Source: Paraspadella gotoi (taxonomy: Eukaryota > Animalia > Chaetognatha). Taken from it: DNA of 64,000 nt. The notes below the pieces were generated by a model that was not told the origin of the DNA, made no database searches, and worked only from the letters and a program-made list of their open reading frames with translations. The position numbers and the translations under genes are program-made. Shown here one piece after another: positions 13,095 through 25,757 of the stretch. Numbering within the stretch: the stretch's first letter is position 1; every line of letters starts with the position of its first letter. The stretch lies in contig CM119266.1 in assembly GCA_051294375.1 (NCBI GenBank), forward strand, positions 13,183,972-13,247,971. The letters are read 5' to 3'.

Positions 13095-14241
13095 GAGAGG
13101 ATTTTTTTTGGCCATTCCAAGTTTACAAAATTTTACATCCCGAAATGTATATTTTCTAGTTTTTTAGTTTTTTTTCTGTAAAGATCCTAACTTTATCTTC
13201 GAGTTGTGGGTGTGGAGAAAACCATTTCGTGGACCTTAAAGTTTTGCCTTTGTGACATTTCCCCTTCTTTTTCTCCTTACTCTGTTTGTTCGCTGAGGTT
13301 TACAGAAGGAACAGAAATTGATTTCACCGGAAGCAGTCGCGAAACACAATAAAAGCGGGGGCCGAAAATCTCGATGCCAAATGTACATCCGGGAGGCCTT
13401 CGTTACTGTAAAAAACGGCTGAAGCACTGAAAGGGAAATTCAAAAAACTGATCTAGCATTTTGACTGGAACAGGGAGATGATAATATTTAATCGCTTCAA
13501 CATACATAATTAAACCATTTTAAAAAAAACAATATATTTTATCATGGCTAGTCGTAACAGAATTAAATGGTTATGTGTACAAGCTATAATGATTGAATAC
13601 TTATTCAGATGAATAGAAAACTAAACTTTAATTGAATCAAACGGACCGACGTGACGAATGGAGGAGTGACAAATAACTTTAAAAAATCTTTATTCGCTGT
13701 ATTCTAGCGAAAGGACATTATCTTCAAATTTCCTTTCACTCTTCCTTGATTGAAAACCTTAACTTCTTTCCTCCTCTCAGAATATCGATCGTCGTTCCCT
13801 GGCAAAACCTCGTCTGTATTTACCGCTTGTCGTCCTCCTGTGGAACCGCCCCTCTTCTCAGGCGCCATGTATTTTCCGCTCCGATGGCCGAGACCGGGGC
13901 CTCCGACGAGTTGCTTCGATAACGCTCTTTTGACGCGGCCTACTTTCGGCGCGAAAAATGAGTTACGAGTAGATTAAGCCGCTCTTATTTTCGTCGTGGT
14001 TTTATTTTTTTTTTTTTTTAGTGTTGTTGCGGCTGGTTTTTTCCTGAGAGCTTCACATTTCTTTACCAAAGTTTGCAAACCAACGTCTTTTTTTGGTGGG
14101 ACTACTTAATTGTTGTTGACAACATCAATAACCCACTGAAAAGGGCGAAAAAGAGCTTGTAGGGGACCATTTAAATGCTCTTCTCTCGTTCTCTTCTCTC
14201 TGTCTCTCTCTCTCTCGTCTCTTCCTTCTCTTCTTCTCTCT

Positions 14242-14299
<58 letters not shown>

Positions 14300-17200
14300 C
14301 ATGATTTTCAGCTTCAATAAAACTGGTACAGATTCATTTTAACACTTCACATTTTTTCTAAATTTTATGGAATTTCCCCATATTGGGCTTGAATATTTAT
14401 TTCATAGGCGCTGCTATTTTCTCTCCAGTTTCAACACTTTCCCTTTTAGGGGACGGGAAGTAAGGGGCGGCCGGAGCAGCGTTTCCACGCTTCTCATTCT
14501 TCACACGGCGTTTACTATCGTCATCAGCTTTTGTTCCCTCGCTTCATCAGATGATATATTCTCTTTGTGTTTTGTTGTTTTGTTCCAACTCAGCTTGCAA
14601 CTGAGGACTATAATAAAAAAAAACAAAAACTGCCATGGTGCTATCCGACAAAATCGTGTTGTGAGGAAATTTCTATTTCGAGGAGTTGGAAAAATTATAT
14701 ACAACAAAACAGGGAAAGACTGTATTCGGCACGCGGCGAGAAAAAGGGAAATAAACTATTTGCGTATTTAAAAAACTTGTTATTCCATACAAAACAACGA
14801 ACTGGTCTGCGTTATGAATTCAAATAAGCGTTACAAAAAAAAAAACGAAAACGATTTTAAAATGAATATGGTTGTTTTTTTTAACCATTTAAACGCCCAC
14901 GTTTTTCTCTTGTTGTGATAAGATATGATTTTTTTTTTAGTATTTTCTAAATTTGACCGAAGGGGACTTTATACTTATCCCGTGAAAATTACGGGGTAAA
15001 TAAAGATGAAGTTTACTTTGTTTTCAATGCTGAAAAAATACATACTTTCGGCGATTAGACTTATTTCAAATTTAACTATAAGTGCTGTAAAAAAGAAAAA
15101 CGTAAGGAAAGGAATTGGATTGGATATATTACTGGGAACATATATTACATGAGAATTCGTAAGGCTTTTATGTACACTTAAAACGAACTCGCATAAATTG
15201 TTCTTCAATGAAAGGGGATATTTTTAAGAAATATTATTGGTAAAATTGTGGATTATGTTATTATTGAGATCGACTGTCCCCATAGGGAATATTGTAAATC
15301 ATTTCCTTGTTCCAATTATAACAGGAGAAAGAAAAGGAATTATAGTAGTATAATATTCCCCGGTTTTTCTCATTGGTTTTTTTTTTTACAAAGGCTAAAG
15401 TAATATTTATAACAGTGTTATTTAAATACTTTGTTACAAACCGGCGTCAAATGTTTTTTAGATAGTTTTCCCGTCTGGCTACGAGAGTATAGAGACGTAG
15501 GAATATCATCAGTTGCGGCATGGAAGAGGAAATAGCCCTTGATTTCTTCTCTGTGTACTATTGTGTAAAACTTGTAAAAAGACTTGACTAGTATTTTCAC
15601 TTACGAAAGGATTGTAAAAAACCAATAAAAAATGTGGATTAATCAATTAAAACTTAAAGTATTCGATGCGTTGACTGGTTCTCGACAAAGTGGTAAACCG
15701 GCGTCGATATTCGGAATGCGATTATTTCTCATCTCTCTCTCTCTCTCTCTCTCAAATGTAGCGTAGTCTTCAGCGCCGAGCAAAGGACGTAAATTATCCA
15801 AAACATGAGAAGAGCGGCAGAGGTGGATGCTCTAGAATCCGGCTTTCCCTGTCCACGCCAACGCCCGCGGTTGCGAATTTTGCGGGGTGCCGCCGTAACA
15901 CTAGACCACGTAGGTGAGCACGGCGATCCGGAGCGAAGATGCCCTACGCTTTCCGAATCGCTGTCGGCCGCCCTTAACGGCGACCAGACGCCGTAGCAGG
16001 GCCGGCGGCGGCGTGTAGTGGTCGGCGACGGACCAGGCCAGCCGCGATGCTCCATGAAGAGACCGTTGACCGCGTTGGAAGCCGTGTGAACGTGTGGCCC
16101 GATGGAAGATCGCGAACTCGTCGTGTGACTGGCGGACTTTAGAGGCGAAGGTGTCGGGCACGCTGGTCCCGGCAGTGGCAAGAAGTTGAATGGCGGTGAC
16201 CAGTGCGTCTTGAGGGCGAAGGGATCGGTGCAGCCGAAAGAGGTGGCTCACGGGTCGCCGACGATGCCGTCACGGAGTGCCGAATCAGCACGATCGACAC
16301 ACCGAAGACAGAGCCAGGCCGCGCAAGTATCGTGCTGGTCGGCGGATCAGAGCAGACACATCAGGCACTTCCAGGGCAAGGTCCAGGTAGTGCAGTGAGC
16401 GTACTCCAGTGCAGCCGGGCTTGCTCTCCTCTTCCGGTCCTTGTCGTCGTCCGTCGCCTGAAGTCCCGACGGTTAGAGGCTTCGACGAACTGCTGCTGCC
16501 AGGATGAGGTGCTGAGGGCGCCTGGCGTCCCGGAGGTCTTGTATCACAGTTGTCGACGAGAACCGCGGGGAAATGCTCGTCCTCTTGGGTGATATGGCGA
16601 TGGTGAGACGAAAAACTAGTCTATCTCGCCCAAGGTAGGGGGACGCCCAGCTTGGTGCGATCTTTCCTCTCTTCCGACGAAGTGTCTTCCGGCCTTTTCG
16701 ATCTGCTTCCGCATGGCCCACTGGGGCTCCTCTCGCTCACGTAGAACTCGAGGATTCTTGGCGTATTTGTCTTCGTCGACGAGCTTTGATCTTGAAACTT
16801 GGCCTCCGAACTGCTCGTACCTCGAATTGGAGAACGCGCGGTGTTCGTCGCCGTCGTAGTGGAACTCCAGCTTGGGCGGGTCCGGGACGATCTTTTAGGG
16901 GACGGTGATTTTCCCCTGGCGCCCGAGTGCGTAGACGGTTGACGGGGACCTCGCCGCAGTTTCGCTGACGAAGTAGTGGGAGTGTCGAATGGAAGCAGCC
17001 GGGCTCGATTCGTCGTCCAGGATCAGGAATGGTGGCCAGGCTGCGGGTTGGCAAGTTCCATTCTCGGACGTCCTGCGACGTCTTTGCCCTAAGGACAATT
17101 ATTTTTTTGGTCAGAGAAACTATAAACACACATGCTTCGTTAAAGTCTTATATAAGGCGGTTACAAAAATAAATTCAACGCATGTTAACCTTTGAATTAT

Positions 17201-18946
17201 AAGATGTGGATAAAATATCATATAAGTCAATTAATCATAACTCATTTCCGTTCAAAGTAAATGATATAAATATGCTCTCAAGTCATTTTGCTTATGAATC
17301 TAAGCTTAAAATGTCAGCATAATAATAATAATAATCATAATTCATTATCATCATCGTTCAATCATACCGCTCTCTTCCCGACCCACCTCCCGATCATATC
17401 CCTCAAATTAGGAAAAGTCGAACGTTGAACTGCTCGTCTTCCTCGAAGACGTCGTTGTCGATGATAGCGATGCGGATGACTGACCGCTCGTGAGGTCCGA
17501 AGGTGAGGTCCCGCTGGTGGCCTCGAGTCCCTTACCGGCGGTGGCGACGACTCCCGTGGCGTAGTCCACCTGGACGGTACAATCGGAGGTCGCCGCCTTC
17601 GGCTTCACGCAACACGGTCATGTCACACAGTTCCCATGACGGAGTAGTGACCCGGATCGCGGAAGACGCGGGTGATGTTGATGTCCCGTTCGCGTCGACC
17701 TCCGTCCTTTTCTCGGAGGTCGTCCTGAGGGGGGGGGAAAGGGGATTGAAAAAAAGGTTAAATTAGTGTGGTCGTGGCGTGGCGACCAGTGGCGACCTCT
17801 TACTTTCTAAAACGTAATCAAAGACCACCTCATTTCAAAATAATTAGCTAAAATCGTTTTAAATAATTAATGTACTGCAAATAATAGGATATAGACGGCA
17901 TTTTTGAAAAAAAAAAAAAAATAAAATTTGCTTTCCTCCTTGTTCAGGATTCTGAGTTTAAAAAAGTGTATTTTATTCCATTTTACCTTGAGTTTAATCG
18001 CCTCCGCTGCCAGTGTCTTCCTCGAGGCTGCGATGCGGTAAAAGGGCGCGACTTTCGGCGCCCGGTTTGAGCAGCTTCGTTTCCTGCCATCACCTCCAGC
18101 TTCTCTGGCCGAGGCTCCGGATCTTGCCTGCGCAGCTCCTTCAGATGTTGATGTAGTTGGCGCGGTGCTCTCGAACTCGCGCACCTGCGGTCCAGGTCCT
18201 TTCATTTCCTCGGGCAGGCATGACCTGCTCGCCGGTCTCCGCGGAGCCCGGCATCGGGCGATCACACTTTGCCCGTCTCGCTTCTGTAAATAATGGGCAG
18301 AGTAGGTCTGCTTGTACGATCTGTTTTGTCGCACATGTAGCGTGATTCACAGTGAGCGGGAAGAAGACGAAAGTGATTGATTGGCTTCCAGACGTCGACC
18401 CGATCCGGTGAGATGACCTGGAGGAGTGAGGTTAGAGCCAGATGTAGCCGAAGAGTGCTCCAGATGCCGTGCAGAAAAGACCATGAAGGTGCTTGATGCG
18501 GCGGGACTCTCCGTGGGATGGCCGAGACCAGAGGGCGATGATCATGAAGAGATGAAGGCGGCGCTACCGACGATGGTGCCCGGTGTCCAAAGAGCCCGCT
18601 TGAAGTTTGAACCCGATCTCCGATGAGGGAGAAGAGGATCTCCGGCGCGGACCGACCCAGCGGCCATCGAGCGTCAGGTTGAGACCGTCTCGTTCCAGAC
18701 TTGACGGTGAATACGTAGTCTGTCTTCGCCCGTGGACAACTTGAGTCGACGTTCTCGATTGGAGGATGTGATGAGCTCGATGGCCGCCATGAATCGCTCG
18801 GCCCACGATGGAGAGGCCGAGGAAGAGGTACATCAGGCGAGGAAGAGGAGGATGCCGCGACCGGCACGCTCGGCGCGGGGATGCGTTGTCCGTGTTTGTT
18901 GTCGCTTCGACGGTGGTTGGCTGAGAAGATTAGGGAATGAGAAGAT

Positions 18947-18995
<49 letters not shown>

Positions 18996-19148
18996 AACGA
19001 AAGAAAGAAGAAGAAAGGAAAGAAAGAAAGACAAAAGAAAGAAAGAAAGATAAGAAAGAAAGAAGAAAGAAAAGAAAGAAATAAATGTACTTAAATGTCT
19101 AATGCAAAATGGTCAAACCCCACACGGCGACGCCAATCATAACTACGA
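13095..19148 (-). repeat. Inverted, indel-rich duplicate of ~5866-11562
   Basis: Colinear reverse complement across introns, exons and 3' flank (e.g. 19121-19148 matches 5866-5895; 13095-13145 matches 11512-11562). Differences are mostly scattered 1-nt indels. Confidence 0.95.
15754..18918 (-). pseudogene. Frameshifted copy of NCX exons 2-4 (probable raw-read artefact rather than a true pseudogene)
   Basis: Fragments MYLFLGLSIV, SAPEILFSLI, LQVISPDRVDVW, GTSVPDTFASKV and MFWIIYVLCSALKT occur on the minus strand in shifting frames. Exon 1 is absent. Confidence 0.85.
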
Positions 19149-21134
19149 AATGTTGAATTTTTTTTTAAGCGAGATTCTCGTCTATGATTAGCGGTAAAAA
19201 TAAAATTCTTTTCTCTCTATCAAAACGAAGAAAATACCGGTTACTCGAAACCACACTGAAAGGGAGCGGTTTAGAATCCCTTAAAAAACTCTTTTTTTTT
19301 CTTTCTTTTCCTTTCGCTTTTTCTTTCAACTTTCTTCGCCAATTCTATCGCTCGAGTGAATTGAGTCCAAAGATGAATGACCTTGCAGTTTGAGGAGAAA
19401 ACCGCCACGTGGGCGACGGCGGTTGGCGTTTCTTGGCTGAAAGGAGGAAAAGCGCCCGGTTCCTCTCTAGAAAGGCTCTGCCGTTAAAGAATGTAATTGA
19501 TTAGTTTGTTCCACGTTCATGAATTTGCAATATTGACAGCAATATTGTGGTTAGTATATGATTTGATTTTTATTAATTGCATAGAGAAACAGGTAATAAA
19601 ATACAAATTACAAAGAATATATATATAATAGACGACAAATAAAGTAGAATTTAAATAGGATCATTCTTTTGACTGTAAACTTTATTATCTTTATGAATCC
19701 AATCCATTAATATAAATTTTACAAAGTAATTAATATAGTAGTTTATTTCATAGCAAGAATTTTATACAGTGACACACATCAACACAATTAAATTAAGTTA
19801 AATTAAAAGTTATTAACCCAAAAATCCATTTTACATGTATGAATAAGTCGCTGCTTCGCGACCTGAAAATAAAAAAAAATCGACTGCGCAGACGGTCGGA
19901 GTTGTAATAAGGATAAACGATTATGGCAATCTATTAAACTATAAAAAATACATTAACTAATACTGATTATTGAGTACGATTGATTTAAATTTACTCGTAC
20001 GTCTCAGTCAACTCAACCTACCGTCATTATCGANNNNNNNNNNNNNNNNNNNNNNNNNNNNNNNNNNNNNNNNNNNNNNNNNNNNNNNNNNNNNNNNNNN
20101 NNNNNNNNNNNNNNNNNNNNNNNNNNNNNNNNNNNNNNNNNNNNNNNNNNNNNNNNNNNNNNNNNNNNNNNNNNNNNNNNNNNNNNNNNNNNNNNNNNNN
20201 NNNNNNNNNNNNNNNNNNNNNNNNNNNNNNNNNNNNNNNNNNNNNNNNNNNNNNNNNNNNNNNNNNNNNNNNNNNNNNNNNNNNNNNNNNNNNNNNNNNN
20301 NNNNNNNNNNNNNNNNNNNNNNNNNNNNNNNNNNNNNNNNNNNNNNNNNNNNNNNNNNNNNNNNNNNNNNNNNNNNNNNNNNNNNNNNNNNNNNNNNNNN
20401 NNNNNNNNNNNNNNNNNNNNNNNNNNNNNNNNNNNNNNNNNNNNNNNNNNNNNNNNNNNNNNNNNNNNNNNNNNNNNNNNNNNNNNNNNNNNNNNNNNNN
20501 NNNNNNNNNNNNNNNNNNNNNNNNNNNNNNNNNNNNNNNNNNNNNNNNNNCCGCCGACGCGACGAGGGAGCCCCCCCGCCGGTAGATGGGGAGGGCGCCG
20601 ACCCGATATGGGGCGGTTGCGTGACGCCGACCGCTTGGCCCGAGGTAGGCGACGCGCGTCACGAATTTATCGAGGAGAGGGGGAGGGGACGGAGAGACAG
20701 GGAGAGGATAGCAGAGGAGAAGATAGAGAGAGAGAGAAGAGAGAGAGAGAAGAGAGACGAGGGAGAGAAGATTGCAGTGGTGAGATCTTGGCGAAGGCGT
20801 CATCGGGTCACGTCAGCCTTCGACGCTCTGGGGCGAAAAAAAGAGGTTTTAATCGGATTCGCGCGCGAAGACTAAAAATATTCGGATCTCTGCCAAATCC
20901 CGTCGCCTCTTGGCGTTTCTCTCGTTTCTTCTCGATATATATTCGCCTCCCGCGAATCTTTCGTCTCGTGAACGCGTCATGCTCAACTGTCACTTTTCAC
21001 TGCTACTGTCGACCGACGCTCTCAGCCGTCAATCGAACCTTCTTTCTCTACTGTCACTCTTAACTATCACTTTCTGAAGACAAGGTTACGTCTGAGTCTC
21101 TCTTACCCTTCAATGTCTTGATGCTTATTATTTT

Positions 21135-21365
21135 TACCGTCACTCTCAACCGTCACTCTCAACTACCACTCTCAACTATCACTCTTAACCGTCACTTTCA
21201 AGATTAATTGCTCTGATCCATCACCCTCCATCACACTCAACTGTCAACCTCATCAGTCACTTTAAATTGTCACTCTCAACCGCCATTCTCAACTGCCACT
21301 CCCAATTGTCACTCTCTACTATCACTCTCAACTTCCACTGTCACCAGTCACTGTCATCTGTCACA
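21135..21365 (+). repeat. 13-bp minisatellite (ACYRTCACTCTCA)n, inverted copy at ~26620-26860
   Basis: accgtcactctca accgtcactctca actaccactctca actatcactctta accgtcactttca ... Confidence 0.8.
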
Positions 21366-22254
21366 GTTCGACGGCACTTGTCTTTACTCTCTGATTGTTG
21401 TCGCAGCTTCGCACAAGAGGGGGGGGGAAGCTCGTGTTTCTGCAGCTGTCACCGATTTCATCGAGATTTTAAAGTTTTTTCTCTGCTAGAGCTACAATGT
21501 TGAACCTTACTACTTTTTTAAGTATTTGTTTATCCTCGATCTTATTTTATTTCTTATCGATATTTCTGAACCTTTTTCTTTTTAAGGAAGGTTCGGAAAG
21601 CTCTGGTTGTACACACGATAACTTACTAAATATAGACTTAAAAGTGAGCTTTCGTTAACAAAAATAATACTCAGAGAGAGAAATATTCAATCAAAGACCA
21701 ATGTGCAGTAAGGTGGAGTGATGAAAAGATTAAGCGAGTTAACAATATATTTTTGCTGCCTCCGTATATATAATTAAAGAAAATGATGCCCTTTTAAAAA
21801 TTATTTTAGCATAACAATATAGCAAATTGAATTTTCTTTATAGTAATATCCTTGCAAAATCATACAATTTTAAAAAAATATTTTTTTAATTTTAATAAGT
21901 TTCGGATTCATCAGAAAAAAAAAGAATTTTTTTAATAAAATATGTTATAAAATATTTTAATGTTAAAGCTGCGAAAAACTACAAAAACGGTTTATCATAT
22001 AATAGTTTCTACTATAGAGAGTTGAAAAGTTAAGAATTTTAACCTTTTTCCAATTTTGACACTTAAGACAAAACAAATTATGATAACATGTTTTATATTT
22101 TTGTTTTAACGTTTTCTGAGAAATCTGAATCTTTAATAAAATTATCCAAAAAATTATTTTGAAATTTTTTTATTTTATAAGGATAATTTGAAACTTTTAA
22201 GGGAAATTTAATTAAAGTTAATTTAAGAAATTTTACTACCGGCCCTTACCTGTT

Positions 22255-23900
22255 GAAGTAAGTTTTGAAGAGAGAGAAAGGAGGAAAGAAGAGAGAAAGT
22301 TGTAGGGGGAGAAGAGGTTCCAAAAAGAAATTAAGAGGTTACAGGGATGGTCAGATCTTGATAGGACAGCATGAGGTGAGGAAAGGGAAGAGTTAAGTTC
22401 CTTTTGAAAATGAATGAGAGTGGGAGAGAGAGAGAGAGAAGAAGAGAGCAAAGCAAAGAAATTTTAAACATTACACCAATACACTTAGCAATGTACAAAC
22501 AGAGATAAAATGCAATGAAAATCTAAAACATAAAACTGAAATTAATAGTTAACAATGGAAAATATAATGTTAGTGAAGAATAAGAGTGAAATATTTGAAA
22601 TAGAAAATAAGTGGTTGAGCGGATAGATAAGTGAAGATAAAGTGAAAGTAAGTAAACAGAAAGAGCTCAAAATAGAGCTGGCCTTCCCCTGAGCCGCGGG
22701 CAAATCGGAGGACGTTGACAGTAAAGAGTCGCGCGATCCATGTGCCTGTCCATAGGTTGCGAGGGTATACTTGTAGAGTTTGATTATGCTGGGATCCCGG
22801 GAAGAGATCCGCATTGGGAAATGGCCTAAGATGCTTATTCGTATATCACCCTTTGGCCCTGATAAGCCTGGCCGACAGCCCTCCTCCGTCACCTGGACTA
22901 GGTGAGAGGCAGGCAGTTGCTTGTTTCTTGGCCTGATTTTGCTACAGGAGATACCGACTGCCTCTGCCCTCCTCCTGTAGCCGTCGTTTTGGGCGACAGT
23001 CGACGGAGACAGAGTCGCGCCAAGTTGCCTACAGGTTCAGGAAAGGTATCGGAGCGTCCAGTTGCCTGCTGAGGGCCTCCGCCTGATCTCGTTGGAGTGG
23101 GAACAGTGGGAATCATTGTGGCAGTTGGGGTGCGCTGCTGGGCGTTCCACCACCATTTGATGAGGCAATCATAGTGGAAGGACGGTCGAATCGTCAGCTC
23201 TCCATCACGGTTCACGAGAGGGGTTCGAGAGAGCTTTGATGTGTAGATGTGCCTTCTCAATACCTCCTAGGGAAAACCAGTTTGGTCATGGGACAACACG
23301 AGACAGTCAGTTCTCTGACAGAATTTGGCCCAGAATTTGCCGTTGGTCTCGGCAGAATGGCTCGATAAGTAATGACCACGTGGGTCCCGTATATGGCTTT
23401 GTGTGCTCTTTGAAGCCGATCTGTCACAGACTTTCACTGTCTCGCCCACTTGTATTTGTGCTGGTGTGCAGGGGTTGGTTGCCCTTCCCTGCACAGGCCG
23501 CCAGTAGACGAGCTCACTATCGTTTTCGTCTGGAGGATTCTTGCTTTCACCACATTGCTCACTAAGGAGCGCGAGAGATCGTCACTGCACTGACATTCCC
23601 CTGCTTTGCGCAGCACCCGCGACGCAGTGCTTCAGTGATGCCCCTGTATTAGGGGAGGGAGACATGACCCACGTTCCTGAGACGCTTCTGCTTTTTCTCT
23701 CCACTTTGGCGCTGTGGTGGGCGCGGTCGGTCAGTCCTATCAAGCAGCAAGGTCTCGTTCGTCCCCTGGGGGGCGGAGGTTGAAACTTGCGTTAGCCAGT
23801 TGACTTTTGGCAGCCCCTAGGTGGCCACTGGGCCCTCAGCCAGGTTCAAGCCGGAACCTTGCCTTCTCGTAAGCCCACAGAGGGAACCATTGGCCGCGCA
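22255..23900 (-). mobile_element. Penelope-like retroelement fragment, copy 1 (5'-truncated: RT C-terminal end, linker, GIY-YIG endonuclease, 3' region)
   Basis: Stitching minus-strand frames gives GHVSLP(Y)..GITEALRR.LRKAG, VYW..CAG..PCT..(Y)VGETVK, FKEH, VLSHDQ.NWF and PLVNRDG..HYDCLIK. This is the canonical Penelope linker plus GIY-YIG layout. The copy is cut at ~22250, before the ribozyme. Confidence 0.85.
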
Positions 23901-23999
23901 ATATAAAAATTATTAAATATATAAATATTNNNNNNNNNNNNNNNNNNNNNNNNNTCCAATATATTCTTATTAATATTATCCCTTAGGAAAAAAACAGTT

Positions 24000-25757
24000 T
24001 TTGTTTGACAACGTTTATTTGTACACAATTTAGTTCAGACATGTTCGGCTCATTCATTTTTAGAGCCTTCATTCAGTGTTTGGACAATCAATATTTTTTG
24101 TCTCTGTTGAAGTAAGTTTTTGAAGAGAGAGAAAGAGAGAGAAGAGAGAGAAATTGAGGGAGAAGAGAGTTTCAACAAAGAAAATAAAGTTAAGGGACAG
24201 GTGGTCAGATGCTGAAGCGACAGCATGGTAGCGTCGAGGAAGGAAGAAGGTAAGTTACTTTGAAAAATGATGAGAGTGGGAGAGAGAGAGAGAGAAGAGA
24301 GAGCAAAGCAAAGAAACTTTTATAAACATTAACACCATATAACTTAGCAATTGACAACAGAAGATAAATGCATGAAAATCTAAACATAATACTGAAACTC
24401 TAATAGTTAACAATAGGAAAATAATAATGTTAGATAGAATAAGAGTGAAAATTTGAAATAGAAAATAATGTGGTGAGGGATAGAAAGTGAAGATAAAGTG
24501 AAAGTAAGTAAACAGAAAGAGCTCAAAATAGAGCTTGGCCTTCCCCCGTGCCGGCCGGAGCAAATGGAGGACGTATGACAGTAAAGGAGTGGCGTATTCC
24601 ATGTGCCTGTCATAGAGTTGCGAGGGTATACTTGTAGAGTTTGGATTATGCTGGATCCCGGGAAGAGATCCGCATTGCGGAAGATGCCTAAGTGTTATCC
24701 GTATATCACCGCTTTGGGCCTGATAAGCCCTGCCGACAGCCCTCCTCGCATCACCTGGAACCACGGTGAGGGCAGGCAGTTGCACTTGTTTCTGGCCTGA
24801 TTTTGGCTACAGGAGGATACGACTCCTCTGCCCTCTCCTGTAAGCCGGTCGTTTTTGGGCGACGTCAGGAGACAGATCGCGCCAAGTTGCTTACAGGTTC
24901 AGGAAAGGGTATCGGAGCGTCCATTGCCTCTGAGAGGCTCCGCCTGATCTCGTTGGAAGTGGGAACAGGGGAATCATTGTGGCAGTTGGGGTTGGCTGCT
25001 GGGCGTTCCACGCACCATTTGATGAGGCAATCATAGCTGGACGGACGGTCGAATCGTCGCTCCATGCACGGTTCAGAGAGGGGTTCGAGAAGCTTGATGT
25101 GTAGATGTGCCTCCTAATACCTCCTAGAAAACCAGTTTGGTCATGGGACAAGCACACGAGACAGTCAGTTTCTCTGAACAGATGGCCCAGAATTCTGCCG
25201 TGTGCTCGGCAGATGCTCGATAAGTAATGACCCACGTGAGGTCCCGTATAATGGCTTTGTGTGCTGCTTTGAAGCCGATCTGTCAAGGACTTTCACTGTC
25301 TCGCCCACTGTATTGTGCTGTGTGCAGGGTTGGTTGCCCTCCCTGCACAGGCCGCCCAGTTAGACGGCTCCTTATGTTTCGGTCGTGGGGATTTGTCTGC
25401 TTTCACACAATTGCTCACATAAGGAGCCGCGGAGATGCGTCACTGCACTGGAATATCCCCTGCTTTTGCGCAGCACCCGCACCAGTGCTTCAGTGATCCC
25501 CTGGTAGTAGTGGGAGGGAGACATGACCCACGTTCCTGAGACGCTTCTGCTTATTTCCCCCTTTGGCGCTGTGGTGGGCGCGGTCGGAGTACCTATCAAG
25601 CAGCAAGGTCTCGTTCGTCCCCTGGGGGCGGAGGTTTGAAACTTGCCGTTAAGCCATTGACTTGGGCAGCCCCTAGGTGGCCACTGTGCCCTCAGCCAGG
25701 TTCAGCCGGAACCTTGCCCTTCTCGTAAGCCACAGAGGGTAACCATTGAGCCGCGCC
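24000..25757 (-). mobile_element. Penelope-like retroelement fragment, copy 2 (includes terminal hammerhead and AATAAA)
   Basis: Direct repeat of 22255-23900. Minus strand reads RLNGYPLW (25728-25755), YYQGITEALVRVLRK, TDRLQ and YDCLIK, then a CT-rich tract, a hammerhead motif at 24034-24080 and AATAAA (tttatt at 24014-24019). Confidence 0.85.
24034..24080 (-). ncRNA. Minimal hammerhead ribozyme motif of Penelope pLTR type
   Basis: Minus strand: aaca-CTGAATGA-A-GGCTC-taaaaatgaat-GAGCC-GAA-CATGTC-tg. This is a CUGAnGA core, stem II GGCTC/GAGCC, GAAA(C), palindromic ACAUGU stem III and a GUC cleavage triplet. Two apparent 1-nt read errors (an extra base in CUGA.GA, a missing A in GAAAC). Confidence 0.65.

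Noticed and set aside
15729-19094. Second functional NCX paralogue or programmed frameshifting
   Set aside because: Dozens of random indels affect introns and exons equally, exon 1 is missing, and the pattern matches raw-read error.
19970-20875. Long ORFs of 301 and 258 aa
   Set aside because: They consist mostly of an N gap.
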